DNA of 64,000 nucleotides from Podarcis bocagei (lineage: Eukaryota). Location: assembly GCA_964188305.1 (NCBI GenBank), contig OZ076885.1, one strand, 5' to 3'. A program made the translations under genes and the position numbers. Positions 40,257-53,459 of this stretch are shown piece after piece; position 1 is the first letter of the stretch, and the number at the start of each line of letters is the position of its first letter. The notes beneath the pieces are model-generated. The model was given only the letters and a program-made list of their open reading frames with translations, searched no databases and was not told the DNA's origin.

Positions 40257-40495
40257 CAGTGGTACCTTGGGTTATAGACGCTTCAGGTTACATACGCTTC
40301 AGGTTACAGACTCTGTTAACCCAGAAATAGTACCTCAGTTTAAGAACTTTGCTTCAGGATGAGAACAGAAATCACGTGGCAGCGCAACAGCAGCGGGAGG
40401 TCCCATTAGCTAAAGTGATACCTCAGGTTAAGAACAGTTTCAGGTTAAGAACGGACCTCCAGAACGAATTAAGTTCTTAACCCGAGGTACCACTG
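40257..40495. mobile_element. Tc1/mariner MITE, copy 3
   Basis: TA-CAGTGGTACCTTGGGTTA...TAACCCGAGGTACCACTG-TA. Confidence 0.9.
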
Positions 40496-41508
40496 TATTT
40501 ATAAAGCACAATAAATTCCCAAATTGCAATGATAACCCATAGCGATCAATTACCACAATTTACAACAACACTAAATAATTCAGCTTTACGTCAAAATCAA
40601 GGTGAAAATCCTCCCCTCTTCCAAGAAAAATCCTCATCCACTGATGCATAAGTCTGAAATGCAAAAAGATCCTAATTTCATATGATTATATACTTATAAT
40701 TATGTACACATTCATGTTTAGTCACAGATTTTCAAAAATAACAGAGATCTTCCTTGTAAGGGTGTGTATGTTGTGTACTTAACATGTTGCATTGCATGAA
40801 TGAAAGTAAAGTATAAAGTACCACTAACAAGGTGTGAGAAGATAAGCATCTGAACACTTTCTTTTGCAAAAGGGCAGTGGGTGGCTGTAAACAGTGTTTA
40901 AAGCGACCAGAATTTTCAGGATGCACATAGTTTTGCAATTTACAGTTAACAAGTAAGGCCAGCCAGAGTTGAGTCATCCAGAATAGAAATGGTACTGTTC
41001 TGAGTGATATTGTGCAAACTATGAGTTCTGCTGGTTTGACACCTCCTAGCAGCCACAATTATTTAACCTATTTCCCACCAGAGGTTCCCCTACAGTAGGA
41101 GACCAATGGGGCAGGTTGGACCTCTTTAACAAAAGTATGCACCGTCCAGTGTAAATGGAGCTAACAAATGCAGCTCTTGCCACTATATAGGGCTCAGTCT
41201 GTTTGTTGCTGAAGGAACTGTGTATCTGTGTATCTACAGCACAGCCTTAGCCTTGCCTTGCCTTGTCTTGCATCCAGCTGGAGCCTCACCTCATCTCGCC
41301 TCACCTCACTCCACTGCTGCCTACTCCCTAGTTCAGCAGACTAGAGGAAAAACAACAAGACAGAGGGGCTGGGGAAAGGCTGCATGTGAACAGTAGTGCT
41401 CCCGAGAGACAATGTGGTCTAGTCTAGTGGTTAAGAGTGGCTGACTAGAACTTGGAAGACCCACGTTCAAATTCCCATTGAGCGGTCTTGGTCCAATCAC
41501 ATGCGCAT

Positions 41509-41510
<2 letters not shown>

Positions 41511-41559
<49 letters not shown>
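41511..41559. repeat. Compound (TC)n(TG)n microsatellite
   Basis: Seen directly in the sequence. Confidence 0.97.
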
Positions 41560-41657
41560 CTAAGGCACCTGATAAGGAGAACCACAGTGTGGGTGGGTGT
41601 CTGTATGGTGCTTTGAGCTCCTTGGGAAAAAGGCAGGATATAAGTAAAGTGGTGATT

Positions 41658-41821
41658 CAGGGGCAGACTCGGTAAACTTTTGTAGTATGGTGCCCTGTGT
41701 GAGGTCAAAATTTGGTGCTCCCAAATGGATCTTCTCAATTATGGATCTTCTCAATTTTGCGCCTCCTCGGCTTGGTACCCTGTGAGGGGAGACAGCCCAC
41801 AGTGCCCTAATTCTGGCACTG
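41658..41821. mobile_element. Decayed hAT-like MITE
   Basis: CAGGGGCAGA...TCTGGCACTG termini with a GGTGAT-containing degenerate TSD. Confidence 0.6.
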
Positions 41822-42569
41822 GGTGATATCAATACTTTGCAAAGAAGTGTTGACAACTAACAATTTACCTCTAACGATGCGCAAACTGCAGTTTGTTTCC
41901 ATAACGGTTTACCAAGGCAGGGTGGCTTTTAGATACAAAGCCATTTCATCAGACGTGTGGGCTGTGAAGCTATACTGAAAAACACCATGCTGTTACTTGC
42001 ACTCCTCCACCCCACTTCTTGAGTGCTTATTGCTGCAAGAACAGAGGTCATCCCCCTCCATCCCACCTCCAGTGAAGTTAACAGACAAGTCTCCACTCTT
42101 GTTATCAAAGCTTTCCTAATCACTCAGACCAGAGAAAACTAGACTGCTTCTGCTGAAATGCAGAATTAACCATCTTCACCATATTTATTCTGTACGGCCA
42201 GTGAGACCATAGGAGAGAGCAGAGAGTATTTGTGCTACCTTACATTTCCTTTCCTATAACACTCTCTCCCTTTCCTCTTCAACAGAGGCCTTTAAGAAGT
42301 GCAAATGCCCAACTAGATGTGATGGGGCTGGGGAGACTCATTGGTTTCTCATGAGCCTCCAGTTTTCACTTGTGAAGCAGGAAAGAGTATACTTATCATA
42401 AGATGTGAATAGAAGGGCCAGTGGAGCTTAAGCATCTCTTCTCTTATGCGGTGCCTCACCCTGCCCAATAGCTTCAGGCTGCTTTTCATGTCCTGGCAAG
42501 TCCAGCTTAGCAGGGTTTGAATGAATCCTAACTCCAAGTGTGTTGTGCATTGCTTATTTGCTTACTTGC

Positions 42570-42980
42570 TTATTTATTTACTTAATCTTCCCATTCATTT
42601 CTATTCCATCTTTCATCCAAGGAGCTCAAAGTGGTCTACGTAGTTCTTCTCCTCCCTATTATATTCTCACAGCAACCCTGTGAGGTAGGTTAGACTGAGA
42701 GTGAATGACTGCCCACGGCTGAGGGGGGATTTGAACCCTGGTCTTCCAGGTCCTGGTCCAACACTCTAACTAATAATAATAATACATTTTATTTATACCC
42801 TGCCCTCCCCAGCCAAGACCGGGCTCAGGGCGGCTAACACCTGATATTAAAGAAATTGATTGAAATACAACTTAAAAACAAGATAAAAATACAACATTAA
42901 AACATTAAAACTCAAATCAAAAGCTTTTTTTTGGGATGAAAATGTCAAGTCTTCACCAAGGCTAACTACACTATATTGCA
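42570..42980 (-). mobile_element. tRNA-derived SINE (Squam3-like) interrupted by a LINE 3'-end insertion at about 42771-42961
   Basis: SINE B-box GGATTTGAACCC and ...CCAACACTCTAAC resumes after the insert. CTAACTA is duplicated around the insert. The insert matches 56465-56603. Confidence 0.65.
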
Positions 42981-43274
42981 AGTGTTAATGTAAAGTGGAA
43001 AGGCCAGAGTTCAGATCCCTGATGAACTGCAAAGCTCACTCACTGCATGGGGCTGTGGCCAAGACTCACTCCCTTTCTGAGCTAAGCCTGCCTCACAGCA
43101 CTGTTGTGAGAATACTCAAGTTTTGCTATTTTATCACCCACAACTCCTTAGCATGTTTGCAATGTTCCTTTTTATGGTGTTGAAGGGTTGTTTTGTTTTT
43201 TAAATCTGGCTGGCCTAGAACTTCCAGAGAACATAGTAATATAGGGTCAGGCAGGAGTATTCTAGTCATTAGGA

Positions 43275-43410
43275 CAGTGGTGGCCAAACTTGGCCCTCCA
43301 GCAGTTTTGGGACTACAACTTCCATCATCCCTAGCGAATAGGACCAGTGGTTGGGGATGTTGGGAATTGTAGTCCCAAAACAGCTGGAAGGCCAAGTTTG
43401 GCCATCACTG
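43275..43410. mobile_element. Palindromic non-autonomous hAT MITE
   Basis: Fold-back element with perfect 8-bp TSD CATTAGGA. Decayed relatives at about 560-665, 16607-16726, 36097-36220, 45875-45967, 55358-55440 and 59557-59676. Confidence 0.9.
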
Positions 43411-44730
43411 CATTAGGAGATAACCAGATAAGAGAGGAGAAAAGTCTGCAAATTCAGGTCTTAGAGGCTAGATCCAGCACTAGGGAGGCCCTCTGTGCCC
43501 TTGCAAAATCCCCTCTCATGAAAGCACCAAGGATTCACTCTGCTAGGTTGCTTCATATACTGGCTTTCTCTCCCCCCGAAACTATGTCCTCTTTGCCCTT
43601 CCATCTAGTGCTTACGTACTAAGGCTTATGGTTTACAATTTAACTTTGCCCCATTGGTGCTGGGTTACTCAGGGCAAGCTGCCAACACTGAAGTCATAAT
43701 GAATTTATTCCAATGGACTGCCTCCCAAGGGCATTATAATTCACAAGCAAGGCACAGTGATGTGTGGTTCAAAGACTAAAGTTTTCCACATACACTTGGT
43801 TAAGCCATTGGCATACTCCATCCTCAAGGGAGTCTTAGTGCTGCAATATCTGGTGGTAGAAGTGGAGTTTTCTCATCAGCAGACTACCCATGAATTCCTT
43901 CAGCTTTCCACAAGTCTGTTTCTGGGGGAACAGTTGCACAATTCAGGTTTGCATTGTACACAAACAAGAATTTGCAAGGGAGTCTCATTAATGTAGGCTC
44001 CTCTAACTAAACAATGGTCAGACATTATGGCTGCTTGCATACTGCAATCATGTGGAAGAACAAAATACAGCCGTGGACAAAAAATTCAATTACATTTTTT
44101 AAAAGGAGGTTTTCTATTCTAATGGCGGCAACAAGAATGGTTTGAATTGAGCCCAGAAACAAAACTGGTAACTAGTGTAGACATAACAAAACTAGAGCAA
44201 CAATTAACCCCAGTGAACCACAGTTCTGGCAGTTGTGTTCTATACAAGCTGATGCTTCCACCCAACTGGCCCTTATAAAGTGTTCAGAGCATAACAGTCC
44301 ATAACAGCTCACAGTGTGGTAAGAGATTGGAGGAGGTATTAAAACTCAATTAAGAAAACTCATTTAGCAAAGTTCTAGTACTGATGCCTTATCACAGAAT
44401 CCAGATCTCGAAAGCAAGAAAGCCTATACTGTACAATGCCTCCCATTTCCTGAAGCAAGTTACGTCCATACTGAGTAACACAAGTAACAAAGGCAGCCTG
44501 GATAGGTGCACAACTGGGGCTGAATTTCATTCTTCTCTCTTTCTATTTATACTCTAGTGACAAACTGACAGGACTAAAGGTGGCTCTTTAGAAAGTGACA
44601 AATGATGTGCCCCACCATCACAAAACTCCTAAGAGGCTTCAAACATCTAGAGCCTTCTGAAGCATTGGAAGAGTTACAGGGAGATAACGAGAAGGCTCAT
44701 CATCTAGCAATCATGTTCCTCTCTTCACAA

Positions 44731-44950
44731 TACAAGAAAAGAGTTTCCAAACATCAGGAAAAACTATCTGACAGTAAGAGCTGTTCAACAGTGAAACAGT
44801 CTTCCATGGGAGGTTGTGGATTCTCCTTTCCTGGAGGTTTTTAAGCCGAGATTGGATGGCCATCTGTTATGGATGTTTTAGTTAAGATTCCTGTATTGTA
44901 GGGGGACTAAATGACTCTTGGGGGTCCCTTCTTACTCTATGATCCTATGA
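44731..44950 (+). mobile_element. CR1 LINE 3' end
   Basis: NIRKN.LTVRAVQQ remnant and CR1 terminus GGTCCCTTC...CTCTATGATCCTATGA. Confidence 0.75.
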
Positions 44951-47900
44951 AATGTAAGTTGTAAGATCTACTAATGAAGTAGGTTAGAATTCAATAGGAT
45001 GGCTCCTTAATGCCCCCAAGTTATGCTGTTGTCACCTGATCACCCACTCATAAAAAAGGAGTTACCATCACATTCTTAAAGAGAGAGGTCTGAGATTTAG
45101 TCCGACTCAAGGTAGTTACATAATGGTTAAATGATTGAACAACAAATTTAGTAGTACTGTAGCCAGCTTGCACCTGATATACCCTTAACCCCCTAAGGGC
45201 TCTGAAAAGATATTAGCAGCTGACCTGTGCCAATTGCTAATTTCTGAAATCACGTGACCATCTCCTTTATCTGACTACCAGAACATGAAGCACAGCCGTT
45301 CCTAACATTATGTACTGTAAACAGCACTTCTCTCAGGCATGAGTATGAGGGAAAACTTGTGACAAGAACAGACAACGCCTACAACCCAGGAATGCATGCT
45401 ATCTGCACAGAATAGCAAATAAAATAGCAAAGGCAATCCAGCAAAGGAATACTTTTCAGACAGGATTTATAGGGTGTTAATGATTTTTTGGTTCATTATG
45501 TTTTACCTTTGAATGCTGCTATTAGTTGGTACTATTATGTTGGTTTAACCTTGCTGGAAAAACAGCTTGGGGACCATTTTTGTTGGAAAGACAATATATA
45601 TGTTGTATTCATTTATATCTAAATTAATATTCACCATGTCAATGCTTCCTGCAGAGTAATGAACAGGTCTAGGGACAAACACATGAAGATGCCCCAAGGA
45701 ACAAATTATTATATGCTACAGGAGATAACAAAAAATTAAATTAGACATTTAATAACCATCAGAATATAACCTAGGGAAGATTCCTTCCTAGCCACAAATA
45801 CACAGGATCAGTGCTCACAGTGCAAAAGCATAGGACTCCTTGATATCTTAGTGCACAGATGAGCAATATCAAAACACTGTTGGAGTCGTATCAGCCTAGC
45901 CAATGATAAGAGGTGATGGGAATTGGTAGTAGAGCAACATCTGGAGGGCGGCAGGTTGCCCATCCTTGTCTTAGTACTTTACTTCAAGTTTATTGCTCTC
46001 TCATCGCCATTTGTCACTATTTCTAAAACTCAAACACACATTGCTTGCAAATGAAACACTGATCTTATACAAGATTGAACTATATGGTCTGCTCATATAC
46101 AACAGGGCACATTAGAGGTTACATTCTATAGAAACATAGACCCTTAATTAAGGATTGAGTCCCTTGCACTCATGCTAGGGAACAGACCTTAGTGAACCCA
46201 AGTAGAATTACTTCTAAATAAACACACTTAGGACTGCACCACATGTCTTTGAGGGCTCAAAGGTGCCAACAATATCCTCTTACGAAGGGAACAGTTACTG
46301 AGTAGCCTCAGAAGACCAGATCAAAAAGCATGTCTAACACTACCCTTACAGGAGGGTCTCCTGTCAAGCCATATTCTTTTCCCTGTAGTCACATGGAAAC
46401 TTGCTTCTTTATCACCCGATGACATAGACCTGATCACAGAGTAGCCAACACTGAGTCCTGGATCAAGGCTGGAACCAAAGGTCTTAAGGAAGACACTAAT
46501 AAAACCCTTCTTATATCATCCTAAGCAAACCTCTCTGGAATGTCAAACATCTTTATCACACAAAATATGCAATTCTTGACTGCAGAGTGTAGAGGATGTG
46601 TGTGCATGAATCCTCACTACTGAGAATGTCCTCGCATGCTTTAATGGTTTTGCTGATTGTGCCAAAGATTAGTGATGCTTCAGAAGGCTAGTAAGATTCC
46701 CTCAAATAACTTCTTGTTGATGACCATTTTCTGGCAGTAGCTAACACAGTTACTTGCATTTTCTTTGGAGATACTTGAGCTATACTGGTACATATGATCC
46801 ATCACAACAGGGATTCTTCTGACTCATCAGTATTCGGCAAATGTGTTGCCAGCTTCCCAGCAAGAGCACAGAGGACTTTGGCAGCTGTCAACACGGGTGT
46901 GTACAAATCTTCTAGTTCCAAGCCAACAATAATGTGATAGACAAAAAGCCACGGCAGATTTAAAGCTCCAGTTTTGATTGGCAGAGGAGCAAGGGGTGTT
47001 TAACCATCTTCCCATGCTATTTCTGCATTGACCATGACACTCCCCTCCTGCAACCAAGATCAACTTTGTTGGATGGGGAAAAAAGATTCCCAAATGATGC
47101 CTATATTATTTCCCAGTTGGTTCTAAGAACAACTTCATTGTGTGAATGTGCCTGCATGTTAAAATTCTAATAATAACGTGGAAGGAAAGGGTTAGACACT
47201 AAACTACTTGACTCAGAGCTACTATTTCCTACCGAACTGTGAGCCACCAGCAATTGCTTTTTAAAAAATGTTTAAAATAAGAGTTATTTCATGGCAATCT
47301 CCTTTGCCATGCCTGTTTTGGCTCCTACACTTGGACTAATATAAATTGACCCTAACACACACAGCAAAAAGGGGGTGGGTGGGGAGAAATTGAACCCAGG
47401 ACTGAGGCTATGCTAGATCTTGTGAGACAGACATTTTGCTCTCAAAGGTAACTCAACGTGACAGATTGGAAATAACGTGTTGGTAACAAAGATATCATTC
47501 CCTAAAACTATGAAGTCAAGTTCTACGGATGCTACTTTTTTTTAAGAGCAGGAGTATATGATTTTGAGGGTTGGCTCACACACACATTACTTTGGGGTAT
47601 ATGATTCTGAAGCCACGTGTTCAACATCCCAACTGGGTGAAGTACACTTCCATTGAGAGAAGATGTAGGCATCTGGTGATGCAGATGTACAGCACTCTAG
47701 GCTGGAGATAGATTACTTAGGCCCATGAACCACAAAACGATGGTGCAAGGGCACAGCCAGACACGGAATTGTGGCGTGCATGGAGGCGGTTTGGCATAAT
47801 CAGATGGCAATTACCAACATCATTTCCTGTTGATAGGCCATCTCTATATGAAATCTTCTACTGTTCCTCCCCCTCAGTCTAACTATTCCTTTCGCCATCC

Positions 47901-48570
47901 GCCTTCACAGTCATTCTCTTTCTTCCCACAAACTCCACCAGCCACTCTGTCCACTTCCTCTCTTCTCTTTCCTTTCCTTTCCTCAAACCTAACATGTTAC
48001 CCCACAGGGCTTTCATCCAGTGGGCCGGATCAAAATGTGACTAACACTCCATAGGCTTGACCAATCCCCTGACCCCAAAACAAAAAAGGCCCCAGAAATG
48101 GTGCCGTAGTTGTAAAGGTATATGCATGCAAATTTTACTAGATTACTATTCACCATGAGCATGACAGAACATTTCATTTATTTATAAAAATATTTACATA
48201 CCACTGTATCATAAAAAGATATCACAGTGGTTTACAGCAATATAAAAACATAAAACCAAACAGTAACATCATAGCAAGTTAAAAGCAAAAAGAAATTAAA
48301 TGCAAACATCAATAGACCATTGTGGGGGGTGTACTCTTAATTCCCTGCATAGGCTTGACAGGATAGAAAAGTTTGCAGCAGGCGTTCAAAAGCCGGCACA
48401 GAAGGCACCTGCTAAATCCACACCTTAGCCTTCATTAGCCTTTACCTTCTTCTCTTTTCAGGTAATTATAGCCTTAGAACTAGAGAAATCTGCAGACCTA
48501 GAGAAACTTTGCCTAGTTGTGAGTAGCGTGTCTGAACGTTAAAAAGTCATTCCCAATGTGAAAACTCAAT

Positions 48571-48711
48571 GGTGCTTAGTGGTGGAATTGGTCAGTGCAT
48601 CTGGCTGTTAACCAGCAACCCAGGGACAGTTGTGGGCAGGATTCTTGCATTGCAGGGGGTTGGCTAGATGACCCTGAGGGTATTTTCCAACTCTACAGTT
48701 CTATGATTCTA
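48571..48711 (+). mobile_element. tRNA-derived SINE with CR1-like tail; related copy at about 57920-58040
   Basis: ATTCTTGCATTGCAGGGGGTTGG...TTCCAACTCTACAGTTCTATGATTCT. Confidence 0.65.
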
Positions 48712-50867
48712 AGCCTTAGAGAGCATAGGATAATCAATGTGTATGTGCCAAACTGTTCCTAGAAGCCCTAAATAGCAATATTACCTATTCTGGCAGAAAA
48801 CCAATTAAGTGCTCTTAATTGATCAACAATTTCTTACAGTCAGGGCACATGTTCACAGGCAGCACTGGAAGCCTTCACTGCCCGCAGGGGCATGGCACAC
48901 ATCCTGGGGGCAGGGCACGCCGCCTGCAGGGGCGTGATGCCCAGCACCAGGGGGGGGGGGAGCTGCGATGGCACCCCACTGGGATTGCACTGCCAGGGGC
49001 GGTGTGCTCCCCCCGCACTCATTTTCTTCCACCACTGGGCTTAAGGACTCCAATCAGTGTGAAGCTGGTTTGAGAAACAATGCATCAAATGGCAATATTT
49101 CATAACAAAATACAGGATACATATTGAGTTAATGTTGTGTTCTGGATCAAACCCCCAGAACTGGGAATGCACAGAAAACAGGAGTGTGAACACATCCTCT
49201 CTACCCCCTCTCATTCACCTCCCTAGAAAGAAAAACAGCTTTCTGAGGGCAAATGCAAGTTTGTTCTTCCTCTATAAAAGAGTGACAATGAAAGTGTCCA
49301 TATAATGCAACCAGTATGGAATCTGCAAGATAGATTTTTGGGAAGGAGCTGGCAGGAACCTACCGTAATTATGAACTTGTGGATTTTGAAAGCAACATCC
49401 AGGGCTTTATCTCCCATCCACTTTGTATTCAGGGATATAGCACAGCTTACTGAATAAATAACAAATACAATACAAAGTGAACAGCAGAGGCTTTAAATTT
49501 GTTTGTGTCTGTTTTAACAGAAATTTGTGCAATCTTAATTATGGATTTCCTTTCCTGAGCCACAATTAAAACAGATACTGTATGCATACACAATATGCAT
49601 ACATATTGAGTTTTCTCATTGGGAGTGACTCCAACTGGAGCTCAGAGGCATGTAACGTCACTTTAAATGCATTTCAAGACTATATATCCCATAACCAGTA
49701 AGTCTGGTTACTCCATGGGGTGCATCTTAATAAGTTTACACCTGGAAGTTTCTAGATGCTCATTAGTATCACTCACTTTGTAAAGGTATTTTTAATTAAC
49801 AAAACAAGCCTGGGTTCCTGTTGTTTCTACCTCTACAAAGTTCATAGCTACACTTTATATCTCATTGGGCTGTTTCAGCTGCCATTTGCTTTTTAAAGAA
49901 GTGTTTGATCCAGAATCCATGGGATGAATGTACATATATGGCTCCTAGTGTAGGTGGGCAATGAGTAAATGAAGATTAGATTACCTGTGTGCACTTGTGT
50001 GTAAAACAGCCTGCACCATCCAGGTGCTCTCCGGGCATTTTGGACAACTCTGTGCTCTGCAGTGATGGAAGTTCTAGTTCAGAACATCTGGAGGGCCCCA
50101 GAATGGCAAAAGCTGTAAGAATACAATTTACATCCTGCCCTTCTTCCTGAAGGAGCCCATGGCAGCAAACACATCTTTTTTTTAAGCATTCTAAAAAATG
50201 GTTGAAAACTTTCTCTACACTGTTCTTGTTCACCAAAGCTGATTAAATTACCAATGGAATTGAAAGGGAATCTTTCAAATGACTAATCAGAAAACAAAGT
50301 ACAAAAGTATGTTCATTATCACCAGCAATTACAGCACAAGGTACAATCTCCATGACAGAATGGTTTGCCTAATTTTGCTTACCAGTAAGATTACAAGCAA
50401 GATTAAAATAAGTGGCCACTTGAACACTGTTCTTACTGATGATAAAGTGACACAATTAATGTGGCCATAAGCCACCCATGTTTTAAAGCTTATAGGTATT
50501 TATATTGGTGAATGGACAGCAAAAGGAATAGATGGATGTGAGCAGCAAATTTGCATGTACAGTACTGTATGTGTAAAACATGTAGGAAAGACTCATTCAA
50601 GAGCCGGGATTGGTTGCTGCTCATTGGCAAGTGTGCACTCATGGTAAACATTCACATGATGTACGAAAGGTTATGTCATTTCATTGCCACTTGCACTGAA
50701 CACGTATTATGCTTTCCTACTTCTTCCCAAATAGACCCCTACCCACTAGCAAGAATGGCCTAAAAGAAAGTCACCAGAAGCAATGTTCTGTAACTATGCA
50801 ATGGGGAAAGCTGAAACCAGGGAACTTCCTAGCTATTCTATAGTTAGGAATTAGTCTTGGCGAAAGC

Positions 50868-51193
50868 CAGGGGCAAATGAAGGCTAACCAACACCCGGGG
50901 CGGGGCAAACCACCGGCTGTGCACTCGTTGCGCCGCTACATATTACGCATGCGCGGTGTCACTACGTAGAATGCATGCGCGTGACAGCGCACATGCGTTG
51001 TACATAGTGATTTGCGACCAGCACCACTCGAACAATATATGGACGATGGCGGGATCCTCTGCTCGCGGCTGCAGCTGTGAACGGAGTATCCTCCACATGC
51101 GGCTGCGGCGGTGCGAGCACCCCGCGGGGTGTCTTCTTATCACCACCCCCAGACATGGCACCCGGGGCGCCCCCCCCTCCCGCAATGCCACTG
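50868..51193. mobile_element. CpG-rich non-autonomous hAT element
   Basis: Termini CAGGGGC...GCCACTG. Perfect 8-bp TSD GCGAAAGC at 50860-50867 and 51194-51201. Confidence 0.85.
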
Positions 51194-52686
51194 GCGAAAG
51201 CTCAGCCCTGTGCTTGCTTACCACCAGGTCTCAGTTTGGGAATACAGAAAGCTACCTTATATAACGAGCAAGACCCCTACTCTAACTAGTTCAGCACTGG
51301 CTACTCCGATAAGCAGTACAGTAGTTCTTTGAAGTCTAAGGCAAAAAAGGGTATTTCCTTATCACCAGCTAGTCAAGTCCCCTGTTTAACAGGCAATGCC
51401 AGAGCAGAGACTGACTCAGGAAACCTCTATTTGCAAAGCAAGTGCTCTGCGACAAAGCTGTGTGTTGCCCCTACATGCAGAATAATGAGATTATCCTGTC
51501 ATACCAGAGGAATAAGCCCCAACAAAAGTACAGTACTTGTGCATTCACTACTCAGGGCTGCATGCAGAGCCAGCAAATGAACTGACCCACCCCCTGCCTT
51601 GTTTCCCTGGCATACCCTTTGGGCCTTCAGTTGCTGCATGTCAAATAAAAAATTAGCAATGAAAGGTTTTCCCAACAAACAAAGGCTCTGTTTTATCTGC
51701 TGGATTTCTATCTGTTAGGGTCTTAAGGGCACAAAATCCCTGCAACCGAGGAGGAAATAATCATATAATTTTAGGGTTGGAATGGACCTTGGAGTCACCT
51801 AGTCCAGAGCTGGCAGTTGGCAATTCACATCTTGTTTCCTTCAGTCCAGCACAGACTAAGCTCATGTTTCAAGGAGGATTCTTGCTGCCCAATTCTAAGA
51901 ATATTTACTCAGAATTAAGTCACAGTACAGTATTGCAGCCTTAGAAACCTTTTTTTTTTAAAAAACACACCACTTTATAAGAAAGCTTTATGAGAATTCC
52001 ACGAGAGACAATTTTGAAGGTAAAAACAAATACTAACTATCCTTTTAAAGGACAGTTAGTGCCCCCTAATGCACACCACACTCCCTTTCAGATAGTGTGC
52101 ATACAGAGGGCTTGAAAACAAACAGATGATCTAACTTAGAGGACATGCAGCTTTATTGTGTTCCAGGTTCCCGGAGAGATAAGCAAATAATAAATCAAGA
52201 TTAACAAAACAACACCACTTATAAGATATGGTAGAAAGCATAGGTCTGAATCCATGAAGCCCAAAGACTATGAATGAATATTTAGGGAAGGGCAAAATGC
52301 TTTTGAGATGCTACTATGAGAATATGTTTTTGCTGATATTTGGCATCTGCGTCTGTGCAGATGCGATTTTTGGTGCTGTGGAAGCAAGTCCCCGAGCCGG
52401 TTTAGCACAGTGCACAAGCGGGCAGCTCGGTTCGAGGGCAGTTTGCGGGCTGGTCAAACGACCTCCGCGGGCTGCTTCCGGCCCATGGGCCTTAGGTTGC
52501 TGACCCCTGCTGTAGAGGGAAGTGTGGGGCAGGTGGGACTCATCTGCCTGAGAAGGTAGTCCATCTGACTTCACCCCCAAATGCACACTTCATTGTCTTT
52601 CAAGACAGAAAGATGCCAACAACAATTGGTTCCAAGAAGGTAGGGTGTCTTGCACCCACAGATTCATAACAATATATATATATACA

Positions 52687-52751
52687 CAGGGTGAGTCTTT
52701 TAAAAGAGGCCCCGTGGAACATGTGGGGCCTCTCTTAAAGGACTTACCCTG
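52687..52751. mobile_element. 65-bp mariner-type micro-MITE hairpin
   Basis: 27-nt arms CAGGGTGAGTCTTTTAAAAGAGGCCCC / GGGGCCTCTCTTAAAGGACTTACCCTG with an 11-nt loop, lying in a (TA)n/(CA)n tract. Confidence 0.7.

Positions 52752-52754
<3 letters not shown>

Positions 52755-52794
<40 letters not shown>
52755..52794. repeat. (AC)20 microsatellite
   Basis: Seen directly in the sequence. Confidence 0.97.
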
Positions 52795-52796
<2 letters not shown>

Positions 52797-52939
52797 GGGT
52801 TGAGTACTGTGTTGCATTGTACATGCTGCTTTTAAGACAATTCAGAACCTTTGGGTAGTTCAAAAACAGGTACTAAGCTATTGCCTCTGTCTGCTTGGTA
52901 GAAACTTAACTTCCCAGCACTGAAATAACTTCCATGGCT

Positions 52940-53285
52940 TCCAGTCCATTTTGAAGCACTACATAAATTAGGGCTCAGGTACCTGAAGAAACACCTGCTC
53001 CTATATCAACTTCTCTGTGCCTCGAGATCATCTTTCCAGGGCCCCACACCATCCAAGTAAAGTAAGGCAGCTGAAAACCAGGGAGCAATACCCTCCCCAG
53101 AGGCCTTGCCGGTGCCAAAATTGTTGTCTTTTAGGTACGAGGTAAAGACAATTAATTTTTTTGGGAGTTTTATTTTATTACATTTTAAAATGAAAACAGT
53201 CAACACATAAAACACATTATTTCAGTTTTATATTGTTTTTGTAAACAACCCTGAGATCTCCACAGAAGAGCAGAAGTATGCAAAC
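52940..53285 (+). mobile_element. Decayed L2 3' fragment
   Basis: GSGYLKKHLL-like remnant and an L2-type 3' end GTAAACAACCCTGAG. Confidence 0.45.
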
Positions 53286-53459
53286 CTTTTAAACAGAATC
53301 CAAACCTGTACCTACCCACACCCAAGTGACACATTAATAACAAGGAAGAGAAAAAGGCATGGTTCAGCAAAAGAGCGTATGTTTTGCATGCAGGACTAAG
53401 GTCTGACTCAGCATGAGGCAGGTTCACGTGAACCAGAAAAGGTGAGAGTCATCCGTTCA

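Noticed and set aside
50868-51332. GC-rich patch with overlapping ORFs, possible third promoter or gene
   Set aside because: Bounded by hAT termini and a perfect 8-bp TSD, so it is a transposon.
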